From NCBI RefSeq assembly GCF_018350175.1, contig NC_058368.1:199456001-199520000 (forward strand): DNA of 64,000 bases, read 5' to 3'. The position numbers were made by a program, and so were the translations under genes. This DNA comes from Felis catus (Eukaryota). The notes beneath the pieces are model-generated. The model saw nothing but the letters and a program-made list of their open reading frames with translations, ran no database searches and was not told the origin of the DNA. This document shows positions 53,029 through 64,000 of the stretch, in pieces. Numbering within the stretch: the stretch's first letter is position 1; every line of letters begins with the position of its first letter.

Positions 53029-53878
53029 CAGGGCTGGCATCATGGATTTGCAATTTGCAGAATTGCACAGGGTCTTGTGCTTAGAGTAGTCCCAGGTTTG
53101 GTTTAGTGCTATGCTATCACCATCTTGAAATTCTTTTTTTTGTAATTATTAATAATTTTATCTTTGCACTGTATTTTGTAAGTGAAGTCTGATGAGGCAA
53201 TGGAGTATGTGCATAGGCAGTAGAGGTAGGTGCATTATACCTGACCATCATTCTTTGCCATTCTATTAACACAAAGCATTTGCCATGTTCCATGAACACA
53301 GAATTCTCCCAGTGGATGTGGGAGGTCAGGTAAAAGCAAGTAAAAGATAATCACTTTAAATTTGCAACTAAGAGGTGGGGACTGGGATGGTGGAAGGAAA
53401 GGGAAAGATAGAGCATAGTTTCTTTTCTTTCCAGTATTACCCTACTCATCTATAAGCCAAATAGTGTTGGTAGAATGTGCATATATCAGAAAGGGAAATG
53501 AAAGCAGCCAAGTTATTTTCGTGCGGTGTTTCCACTGTTTTGCTAAGAATGAAATACAGATTCATGTGTGAGTTAGGAAATAAAAATTGTATCGTTTCAC
53601 TGACTCTGCATATGACTTAAATAATCTTATATTTGCATTTAAAAATGATATTGCACACTATGAATAGTGAGATTCATACTAATGATTAAAAATTTTAGTT
53701 GACAACAGCAGACAGCAGATAAAGAATGAGAAGCAGATAGCAGATGAGAAGTCAGAGACTGCAGAAGAAAATGATAAACCCTTACATTTTAGCAGCACTT
53801 CCCCCAACCATTTTTTGAACAAGGGTCCCACAAATTTTAATTTTTCACAAGGTCCTGCAAATTACATAGGTGGTCCTT
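53029..53878. mobile_element. hAT-Tip100 element (MER45B-like) nested in ERV-L gag
   Basis: Termini cagggctggcatcatgg and gtcctgcaaattacataggtggtcct. Internal gaaggaaagggaaagatag and tttccactgtt. Degenerate 8-bp TSD ttcaca(ct/ac). Confidence 0.8.
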
Positions 53879-54783
53879 TCACAACTGAAGTTTTTCACAA
53901 TTGCCTTGCATGCTACGGGCAATCAGTGTACTTCCTACCATTAGTCTTCATTGCTGGCCAGTTGGCGAGAAATTGAGCTCCAAAATCTTATTTCAGGGTG
54001 TGGTTCCCAGGACAGCATCTGGGAGCTGGCTTCAGTTTGGTTCCCTAGGGGAAAGGCTCTGAGCTGGAGATTTGTTCATAGGTGCACCTGTGTGTGATCT
54101 CAGGCCTACCTGTGAGAGGTGAGGGAAACAAAAAATCAGAGGGAGAAGTTGCTTTATAATGTAATTGTCACAGGAGCTTCAGTTGATCTTATGGAGAGTT
54201 CCAGATCAGGGATGGCCCTTCAGAGTCGTTCCCGTTGAGATAAGGGGCCTGGACTTGATCAGGCATTGGGTACATGCTGTATCTAGGCAGGGGGTCATAA
54301 TTTTTGGTCAGGCATTCTCTTTCAGCTGAGGGCAATTTCTAGAGAAGCTGCTAACACTCATAGCAGGTGGGGAATGAGGACCGTAGTCCTGAAGGAAATC
54401 TGGGCCTCACAGAGTTGCAGTCACTGAACAAGGTCGTGCAACAGCCAAAAACAGGAAGGCATCAACAGATTCCAAAAGAAGCAAAAGGTTTTCTCTCCAT
54501 CTTCCGTTTTTAAACATTCAATGTATAGCAAACAAGAAAAGTGATGCTGTTAGATATACCGTAAGATTATTTCAGTGGATTAACTATGATTGCTTAAATA
54601 GGGTCAAGCAATACTAGTTTTAGTACAAGAAGACTAATACTTAATTTTTTAAAAATAATTCCCTTTTATCCCTCCCCCCCTTTTTTTGTTGTTGTTCCAA
54701 TGTTTCAGACTCAAAGCCTATTATATCTAGACATCCAGAGGAATGTGGAAGCTAGCATACTGTCTTTAAAAAGTGTTATTCAC

Positions 54784-54994
54784 GGGGCGCCTGGGTGGCG
54801 CAGTTGGTTGAGCGTCTGACTTCAGCCAGGTCACGATCTTGCAGTCCGTGAGTTCGAGCCCCGCGTCGGGCTCTGGGCTGATGGCTCGGAGCCTGGAGCC
54901 TGTTTCCGATTCTGTGTCTCCCTCTCTCTCTGCCCCTCCCCCGTTCATGCTCTGTCTCTCTCTGTCCCAAAAATAAATAAACGTTGAAAAAAAG
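54784..54994 (+). mobile_element. Young felid SINE (SINEC_Fc-type), CpG-rich
   Basis: ggggcgcctgggtggcgcag..cagccaggtcacgatc..gagttcgagccccgcgtcgggctctgggctgatggctcgg..aaataaataaacgttgaaaaaaa, with intact A/B boxes. Confidence 0.96.
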
Positions 54995-55007
54995 AAGTGT
55001 TATTCTT

Positions 55008-55212
55008 GGGGCGCCTGGGTGGCTCAGTCGGTTAAGCGTCTGACTTCGGTTTGGGTCATGATCTCACGTCCGTGAGTTCGAGCCCCGTGTCAGGCTCTGT
55101 GCTGACAGCTCAGAGCCTGGAGCCCGTTTTGGATTCTGTGTCTCCCTTTCTCTTTGCCCCTCCCCTGTTCATGCGCTGTCTCTCTCTGTCTCAAAAATAA
55201 ACGTTAAAAAAA
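55008..55212 (+). mobile_element. Felid Can-SINE, in tandem with the previous element
   Basis: Standard head and body; gtgttattc(tt) is repeated at 54773, 54997 and 55215. Confidence 0.96.
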
Positions 55213-57089
55213 AGGTGTTATTCTTGTCGCTCTATTACAATAGTAAACAAGTCAAACGTGTCAATTGCATAAGACAACTGTTGGGGCACACAATCTAAAG
55301 GTTACAAAACCATCTGCAGTATATAATGCAGTTTTAGGATTAAAAATAAAATACTTCCCTTATGATTGATGAGATTACACATAGGATGGGCTGAGGTGGC
55401 ATGGGAATGTGTGCATGTGTGTGGGTATGTTGGTTCGGGGTAGAGTGGAGGGGACACACCTTACAAATTTGAGCTGGGCAAGCCCAGAGGAATCATGCTT
55501 GGCCTAGGTCCCATGGTACAAGTTTGTACTGAACCACGAAAGATGATGCTTGGTCCCGTGTGTGACACCTGGTGTAGAGGCTGAAAGGAAGGCATGCCTT
55601 GTCAGGGATTTTCCCAGATGCTTTCTGGCTTTCTGCGCCATTGTCAGTGGCTCCTTTTAAACATACAAATCATGTGTACCATGCATTGCCAGGGCACTGT
55701 TCCTTCGGGAGGAATGTGCCAATTGTCTTTCCCATTAGTATAATCTGGGTAAAGGGGAAGATCAGCAAGAAATCAACCTTTCCCCTCCACATAATCCAGA
55801 ACTCTGTATTACCTGATTTGAAGGGCAAAATTAGACTGTCTGAGTATCCAAGGTTATGGTGAGAACCAGGCTGTGTCTCTCTCTGTTGGCCTAACTGTTC
55901 TGCCTAAGGAAGTAAGGCCAGAGAAGAGGTCAAATACCTAGGATGATGAAGGAAAGTGCAAAGGCTTGGCTTTGAATGGGAAAGACTGACTGGACTTCTT
56001 AGGCCTCTTTTATCTCACTTCTCCCCCTTTAGCTATGAGCAGGGAGCAGGAGGAGGGGTGCAGAATTATATCTAACCATTAATTACAATCTTGATAGAGT
56101 ATTACTAATTTTAGACCTTGAGGCTGGCTGCTTTCATATAGTTGAGTATACACTGCCATTCAATGAACTTAAAAAGAGGAAAAAACATTTCATGAGATAG
56201 AGAGAGGTGCTGGTACATTATTGCTGTATTTTGAAAGACCAAACATAGACTAAAATGTATCATTATGAGCGAGCAGATTATCCATCATGGTATACAGTGG
56301 AAGACAGGACTACAGAAGCAGTGTTTACATGCATCTTCATTGCCACAGAAACAAAATTCTGACTCAAGAAATTAACAAAAATTCTCATGAAAGTGGAAAA
56401 GATCTCATAAATGCCTCCTGGATAAGGCATTCGGCCACTACACTTTTCCCTCATTGGATACTGTGCCCCCTGTTACCTTCTAGTTTTTCTGGCCCCTAGG
56501 AAATAAAATTATCATAGCATTTAAGATAACTTCTCTTCTCATAAAACAATAATCACATTGTAAACCCCCAAGAATGCTGCAGTAGGTGTCTCTCTGGTCC
56601 TTTATTAATGCTGCTGGTATTTGTCTAGCCTTAGAAAAGCTTTTGGCTCAATATCCTACTCATATTTTTGGGCTATAGCTTGCTAGAGTTGTCAGGACAA
56701 GTAAAACATTTCCCTTTCAACATTCATTACAAGAAAAAAAAATCCTATTGTATTTTTTAAAAGTGGCTTATGACTCATCTCCTTTTTTGGGATGGAGTTG
56801 TAGCTTAAGATTTGGTCAATGGTATACTTTTTGGTTGTGAAAGTAATGTAAATGTTTAGAAGCTGAGAGATGTTGAAATTGGTATGAATTTTATTCATTT
56901 ATCTGCCACACCTATAGGATGCTGGAGAACTGTATAGAAATGTTTTAATGAATACACCTTAAGGGTTCTTACTATAACTTCCTAACTTAAGATTGAATTC
57001 TAAATTCGAGGTGAAATTCATGTTGGAGGAAAAGAACTAATTGCCACTTTAGTGCAGACTTATTTTGACTAATATTTTTCTCATTTTTA

Positions 57090-57312
57090 TTACTTATTTG
57101 TTTTAAATACATGTTTATTTATTTATTTAGAGAGAGCAAGTGAGCATGATCAGGGGAGGGGCAGAGGGAGAGGGAGAGAGAGAATCCCAAGCAGCCTCCA
57201 TGTTGACAGTGCATGGCCCAACAGCAGGGCTTGATCTCAGGAACCTTGAGATTGTGACCTGAGCCAAAATCAAGAGTTGTACACTTAACTGACTGAGCCA
57301 CCTGCACGCCCC
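57090..57312 (-). mobile_element. Can-SINE
   Basis: Head ..gagccacctgcacgcccc; ctcattttt on both flanks. Confidence 0.9.
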
Positions 57313-59052
57313 TCATTTTTTTTAAAAGGAAAATTTTTTATATTGTTTCTTTATAATATTAGGTAAATGTTTATATGCTTAAATTTTTTTAAAAATTGTA
57401 TTTACAAGCAGAAAAAAACCAGTCATGCATGCTGTCACAAACATTTCAGAAAAGACACTGACATGTAAGGAAGAAAATATAAATGTTTATAATCTCACTA
57501 TTCATAGACAGTCAGCATTAAGGTAGTGGTTTATAGCCTTATAGTCTATTTTTATATGTATGTACATTCAGGTATATTTTCCAGCATGGAATTGTACATG
57601 TTGGTTTGTGGCTTGCTTTTTTATAGTTTATTAACAAATGAGCCATATCATTTCTCATCTTTTTTAATGAACAGATAGATTTGTGAAATCTATCCCTCTT
57701 TAGACTGCTTGCTATGACAAAAGTGGAAACATTTCATAGCAAATGAATTGTTCATTATTTGTTAGCAATTTGATGGAAAGCCTGGGTAGGCAGGAGGAAA
57801 CAACTTAAAAGTTAAATATTTTGCTTTGAACATCTTGCTTAATTACATTAAAGGAAAGTTTCTGGGGACAATGGGTTTTTGACTGTCATAGAACCAAACA
57901 AAGTGACCAAGAATTGTCAAAGGCTCTCAGGCTATTATAGTGTTGTGGGTTTCCTGGGGGATTTGCTGGGCCATCTTAGGAAATAAAAGGATGTATTTCT
58001 TCACAAACGTTAGTCTGGGCCTTCTCTTTGTTAGAAAGCATATGAAATATATTTGTAATTTTTTTTTTTGCCTGCCAAGAGTCTAACTCTAACTCTGTAA
58101 TATTATTTGCTCCCAGATTTTTTTCCTTTCATTTTTATTTTGGGCTGTGTATAGAACCAAGATTGAATTAAGGCCAGGGATGGGGGTGCAGAGGTTATAC
58201 ATATGTTATGTTTGAAACTGCTTGCCTTCTATAGACAAGGTCGAAGTTCTTTTTGGTCAAAATGTAGTTTACTTTTTTTCCCTCTTGAATCACGTGTTGT
58301 TTATGTAAACAAAAAAAGATTGCACAGTGAAACTAGAATCCAGTAAAAACTTAACCTTTTTGGGGTTTTGTAGAAAACCACAATTGACCAAACTTGTCAA
58401 ATACTGCCAAACGTGAGAAATGTAAATTGGTTGAAATTTGGCTGTGTCTCCAGAGCCTGAACTCACTTATTATGTGAATATCCGGACTGAGTCATGACGG
58501 GAATGCTCAAGAGCGTATAGGTGTGACCGCTGAGGTGTAACTGCACATGCCCACATGCCCTTCCAAGTTGATCCAAAAGGAATGCCTCTTTGCTTTATCG
58601 TACTCACCTCCCATATTTCTGAAACGAAGCTTATAACCCAGAGAGGATAAAACTCCTGGGAAAATAGTTGAAAGACTTTGAAATTACCAGCAGTCTAGGC
58701 TTATGCTATCACATGACTCAGAAAGCCTTTTGCTGATAGAATCATAGGGCTGGAAATGATGGAAGGAGGTCATTTAGTTTATTTTCCTGCCCAAGGAAAA
58801 ACCAAAAATGCACCACTGGTGGCCTTGCTTCTTGTGAAAATGGTGTTTCTTTAACAAGAAAATACCTTTTTTTTCCAGTAACTACTAACTTATGTTTACT
58901 TTGGTGTTAGTCACAGTAACTTTGTCTCTCTGTTGCAGAACAAAAAAGAGATACTGGATACTGAGTGATTAGGTTTTTCATAGAATTAGTTTGTAACACC
59001 AATGCAATTAAATGGTCAAAATGATCTAATAGGATCATAACAAGGTAGTTAA

Positions 59053-59054
<2 letters not shown>

Positions 59055-59093
<39 letters not shown>
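59055..59093. repeat. (CA)n microsatellite
   Basis: Read directly from the sequence. Confidence 0.97.
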
Positions 59094-59094
<1 letters not shown>

Positions 59095-60144
59095 CCTATG
59101 TCATTAGCAATAGCATATTGTCACACATTTTCAAAAAACAGTAATTAGGTTAAAGTTTGGGAAAAAGTATATGAAAATCTGGAGTGTTTTACCACATCCA
59201 AAGCTTTTGCCCTATATTCAACTGTGAAAACAATCAACTTTTTACATTTTTCTCATTCATAAGAACAACCAATTCTTGGAGAAACAAATGGACGTTATAA
59301 TATTTTTTGAGGCTTTCCTGAGTTGAATTCATACTGTTAAAAAAAACCACACACGCAACTTTCATGTTTTTCCTCTTCTATTTCTGCCTCCAAGATGGAT
59401 TTTGAACAAAAACTCTTGTGCAAATCAATGCCAGATTTTCTGGTCACTTGACATGAACTCTAGACCAAAATAAATTGCATGTAAGCACTACCTACAAGGA
59501 GATTACAGTTGGATTTGGGGATTAAGACATAGGTACATAAGAAGTTAAATAGCAAGTTAAAAGATAGCACAAGACTGTTGTAGATACTGCATAATGAATT
59601 ACCAGATGGGTGGTAAAGACAATTGCTTGAGGTCATAGGTGGAAGAAGATCAGTCATATCATCTCTATTATAAAAGAGATTCTGAATAGAGACTCTGCCA
59701 GGTAATAATTGAATGATACCCATTCAGTCAGTGTGATGCAGCGTGACTGGACTCACTGAGCTTATACTTCTTTCCTTGGAACTATGGAGAAAAACATAAA
59801 GAAAAGGCTCTTCCTTATGGAGTTTATTGTCTATACTGTTTATTGTTTATTGTCCCCCTAGGGGAGACAGATGTTTAAAGATATAATATACAGAATTTAT
59901 CTTGATGGTATGCTTTTATTATCAGCCAACCACAAAGCCCACATTTAGTAAAAATAAGCACAGAATTTTCAACCCCTTTTGGTGGTAGTTCTCTTGGCCC
60001 ACTTATTTGCTTCTGCATTTGTGCTTCATGCCCTGTTTCATCACTGCTTACTATACCTCCCTTACTCAAACCTTTTGTATTTGTCCTACAGTTCTTGCCA
60101 TGTGCTTGCCCTTGAACTTAGTAGCAATTTGGGCTTTCCTACTT

Positions 60145-60287
60145 AAAAAAATGTTTACTTATTTATTTTGAGAGAAAGAGAGAGAGAATCCCAAGTGTAG
60201 AGCCTGACCTGGGATGTGATCTCATGGCCAGGAGATCATGACCTGAGCTGAAATCAAGTGTAGAGCACTTAATTGACTGAACCACCC
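60145..60287 (-). mobile_element. Short, internally deleted Can-SINE
   Basis: TSD tgggctt(t)cctactt at 60130 and 60288. Confidence 0.85.
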
Positions 60288-60474
60288 TGGGCTTCCTACT
60301 TTTAACTATGGGCAGGCTCTGGGGCATGTCTACTACTGGATTTTGGCTCTTCTGGCTGGGAACCTTCTGCTTTTCTTTGATCCTCTCCAGTCTCAGTACC
60401 TAGGAGGTTGTGTTTGGACTGTTATCTTGAAAGATGAACTGAATCCACATAATATAAAATAGAAGAGCATTCTA

Positions 60475-60719
60475 GGCTGCCTGGGTGGCTCAGTCCGTTG
60501 AATGTCTGGCTATTTTTTTTAAATGTTTTTAAATTTATTTTGAGAGAAAGAACATGCGTAGGGGAAGGGCAGAGAGAGAGGGAGAGAGAGAATTGCAAGC
60601 AGGCTCCATGCTGTCAGTGCAGAGCCTGACATGGGGCTCGGTCTCACAAACCATGAGATCATGACCTGAGCTGAAATCAGGAATCAGATGCTTAGCCAAC
60701 TGAGCCACCCAGATGCCCC
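60475..60719. mobile_element. Plus-strand SINE head fragment (60475-60511) abutting a full minus-strand Can-SINE (60512-60719)
   Basis: ggctgcctgggtggctcagtccgttgaatgtctggct, then T-tail..tgagccacccagatgcccc. Confidence 0.88.
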
Positions 60720-61559
60720 TCAAAGGTAAAAAACAGTGCAAGAAGCTGGCATATTCACTATGCTGTGATAGTATATTTAGATATTAAATCATCTTCAGAG
60801 GGACTTGTGTGGTCCATATGCAATTTGATGATTTGAATCTTGGCAGAACCTACAAAATGGGCTGCTACAGTTGCTCTAATGACTAGTTATCCATTGGTCG
60901 AGCTTTGGAGGTGTTATCTTAGTATCATAAGTCTGTCCTTGTCACCTTTGGCACTCTGAACAAGATTACTCACTTTGAAGCTTGCTGTAAATCACCCATG
61001 ATTTTTTGACATGTTATCTGGTCCACCTGACACCTTTGCCACATTTCCTCAGAGCAAGGCCTTTAATTTTCACCCTATTTCTAAAAGGCCATCTTGAGAG
61101 ATCTTCAGGTTTGCATTTGCTGCTTTAACTCTACCCTTCCATGACAATTAATGCCAGATTTTTTGGCCATTTAGAATGACTTGAAAACCCAACTAAACTC
61201 ACATGCAGACACTGCCCACAAAACTATTACAGTTGTATGTGGGAGATATTCCTTTACTAAAAAATATCTCCCTATATTTGATGCCTGCTTCCAGAACCAT
61301 TGATCCACCTAGTTTCTTAGAACAAAATTACAGCAAGTTAATCCATGCCAGTTGTTTAAACAATACTTTTCTTGTAGTAATAGTGCACCTCATCCCCTAC
61401 TTTCATCCCAGTTGCTGAATGATCTCCAAATACCTAATACACTTTAGAGAAACCTTAACAGATCTTTGAAACCACTTTGTGTTCTTTAAAGAAGAGGTGA
61501 AAGGCCACAACCAAAATGCAGTGCATGCTAGTAGAAGTTATATATCTACATCAGAGCAA

Positions 61560-61850
61560 ACACTTCAAATCCTAGAGCAAGAAATAATTGAAAGCAGTAG
61601 AGATATTATGGCTGGAAGTAGAAGGAATATGATAATTGTTTTCAAATATCTGAAAGTTGTCATCTGAATGAGGGACTAGACTAATTCTCTATGTTCTCCA
61701 GGGATAGAATCAGACCTAGGGGTAGAATTAAAGCCATAAGGAAACAGATTTTAGTCAGTGTAAGCAAGAAATGTCTAATAGTGTTGTAGAAACATTGAAC
61801 AAGCTAAGTTGGGAGCTCCCTGTCAATGAAATTATAGTAAATACTGGATT
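61560..61850 (+). mobile_element. CR1/L3 3' fragment
   Basis: atatgataattgttttcaaatatctgaaagttgtcat..gagggactagact..acagattttagtcagtgtaagcaagaa..gagctccctgtca; peptide NMIIVFKYLK. Confidence 0.72.
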
Positions 61851-61939
61851 TAAACTAAGGGGAAGTGAAAAGGGTTAAGGGTGCATCTTTTCTATGAGAG
61901 CATATGATTATAACAATCTGCTACAGATTTTGGGTTACT

Positions 61940-63290
61940 TTATTCACTCAAAACAAATATTTGAGTGTTTATTCTACTCGTGGAATAGTGTGAAATTTTA
62001 GGAATACAGAAGTGCATGAGTCACTGTTCATGACTTCAAGAAACTTTCCATCTACTGGGAGAAACACAATAATTGAGATAGACATATAAACAAATACAAG
62101 ACAGTATCATCAAATTGTAACTGATGTTTGATTATCTGTCTCCCCTTCTGGGTGCTAAGCTTATCAAAGGCAGATAGATATACTCTGTGTTTTGCTCACT
62201 GTTGTATCTCCAGAACTTAGATCAGTGCCTGGCACCCAGTAGGCACAGAATAAATCTTTGCTGGCTGAATTTATTGACTAATGCAAATGTCTATTCTGAT
62301 TGTGATTAATCTAGTGGAATAAGGAGGAGGGAATGTTTAAAGTTATCTGACAAGTTGGAAAGTGTTCAGAGAGGAGGTGATTTTCCTTTGTCTCTAACCT
62401 CAGAGCAGGAGTATGGTCTGGCATGAGGAGAGGTTCACAAGAAGACAGGGCATCATAGCTTGTTGAAGGGCAAGGATATGAAACTGTATTGTTCGTGCTG
62501 AGGTTATAAGCAATTTCATATTATTGGAGCATATGATTTAGGGCAGTGAGTAGTAGGAGACAAGTCTGAAAAGGCTGTAGGAGATTGAATCATGAGGTAC
62601 ACTTTCATCTATTGAAGACATTTAATGAATAGAGTAGCATGATCAGATTTTCCTTTCAGGAAGAAAATTCTGGCAGCAATGCAGGCGGGATGGAATGGCA
62701 AATTGGGTAAGATCAAAGTGGAGATATGGGAGGCTGTTGAAATAATCCAGGAGAGACAAAGAATGTCTACAAGAGAATAGTGGCAGTGAGGAAAAAGGGA
62801 TGGAGGTAAACTTGAGAGATATTTAAGGACATAATTTATGGGACCGTGTGACTGATGGGATATGGGTATGGGTGGAGCTGGTAAGGTGGTTATGGTACAA
62901 AGTAAGAGAATAGCAACTATGGTAGTGAGTCATGCCAACATAACAAGTATATATGGAAATGTAGGAGGTGGAGGGTTTGGAAGCCTGTGGCTAATGAGCA
63001 GAGAGAGCCTATTATTGATTTTATGGAATAAAGGTCTATGTAGGAAACATGTATTGTAAAGCATCTACACCGACCAGGGTCAAGTGAGTGTGGGTGAGGT
63101 CACCAAAGGAGAGTGTGCAAAGTAAAGTTGGAAGAGAAAGGAGGAAAGCATCTGAAGAACATAAATGTTGAGGCAGTTGAAGCTTATCATCAACTGGGAT
63201 ATGGCACCAATATGAGCTTCAGTGGTAAGCAGGTTTATCACTAGAATTTGGCATTGAAACATGAGATAGATAGGGTATATCCACAAAACA
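61940..63290 (-). mobile_element. Long decayed L2 (minus) interrupted by a plus-strand L2 3' end at about 62125-62280
   Basis: attcactcaaaacaaatatttgagtg (minus terminus), catgatcagattt..ctggcagcaatg..aggctgttgaaataatccaggagaga; nested agtgcctggcacccagtaggcacagaataaat. Confidence 0.72.
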
Positions 63291-64000
63291 GAGAGTTTTG
63301 ATTGACAATATTTGTCATTAATAATACCATCAATAAAGGTGAGGCATAGTTACAGAGTCATGTCAAGTGGACAGATGGTAACATTTTTAACAGATCCTTC
63401 ATGGGGAACTTCAAAAAGCGACATTCCTAAATGTGCAAAATGGCAATAAGATCTAAGGTAGGAGTAATGAGATATTCAGGGAAAAGTTCAGATGAAGAAT
63501 GTGCTAGATCATATTTTGCTACTTTTTCCAAATTCTCACATTCTGAGTTTAGTACATATGTTGGCATATTTTCTTTTCTTAGGCCATCCTTTCTCCAGAA
63601 GGTTATGTGTCCTTAAAATTTATATTCTCCCTCTAGGTTGGAGATAATGGCTGTCAGAAACGTTATTAGGAAAGGTCAATTTATTTACTCAGTTTGCACA
63701 GGCAAGGAGAGGGGTTAATCTTGGGTGTGCCACTAAACTGGATATCATCCGATAATAAGATGCCTCACTGCCAAGCTTCATGAGTTTTCAAAGCTCTGTC
63801 TAGTCTACAGGGCATTCCTTGGTTGTCTCTAATTCTTGCACAAAAACAAACACACAAACAATATGGAAATACACTCATTTCTTTTTTTCCAATATACATA
63901 AGGTTTTTGGTTCTTCATTGGCAGCTAGTTGGTCTCTTAAGACATGGTACTGGACAATATCCAGAAACAAGTTCAGTGTCTGATGAGGAACATTGTGAAA

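Larger units (their letters stand above)
52090..54430 (-). mobile_element. Decayed ERV-L provirus: LTR16C-like 5' LTR (54027-54430), leader, gag remnants (about 52610-53028 and 53880-53990) and pol/RNase H remnant (about 52090-52390)
   Basis: Minus-strand translation near 52620-52715 reads KVRVLIGKEWNP*NWNENI (ERV-L gag KVRALIGKEWDP motif). IKDQAQAGPESISK near 52325-52367 resembles the ERV-L pol IRDRARAGPEGTSK motif. The LTR is co-oriented. Confidence 0.72.

Noticed and set aside
54784..54860. tRNA-like A/B boxes
   Set aside because: This is the tRNA-derived head of a Can-SINE, not a tRNA gene.

Overview
Eukaryotic, repeat-rich DNA from a carnivoran, most likely a felid, judged by the Can-SINE/SINEC_Fc-type tRNA-derived SINEs and carnivore-type LINE-1s. 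I found no credible host exon, RNA gene, CpG-island promoter or CRISPR array. Every long ORF in the track is decayed LINE-1 ORF1/ORF2, its antisense frame, or SINE/microsatellite noise. Main contents: (1) a TSD-flanked L1 retaining both ends (664-6231, minus), dead and with a short 5'UTR, inserted into a MER46C-like element; (2) four 5'-truncated carnivore-type L1s, all minus; (3) about 20 Can-SINEs, 15 minus and 5 plus; (4) a decayed ERV-L provirus (LTR16C-like LTR, gag and pol remnants) with two nested hAT elements; (5) old MaLR/ERVL LTRs and MIR, L2, L3 and L1M fragments. The strong minus bias of younger L1s and SINEs suggests an intron of a plus-strand gene (inference). I did not find a convincing new biological system. 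The best leads are a possible spliced L1 integrant (SpIRE-like), three re-used insertion sites, a perfect 86-bp palindrome, and several motif-dense candidate enhancers. Repeat family names come from my recollection of consensus sequences, not from a database search, and boundaries of old elements are approximate.
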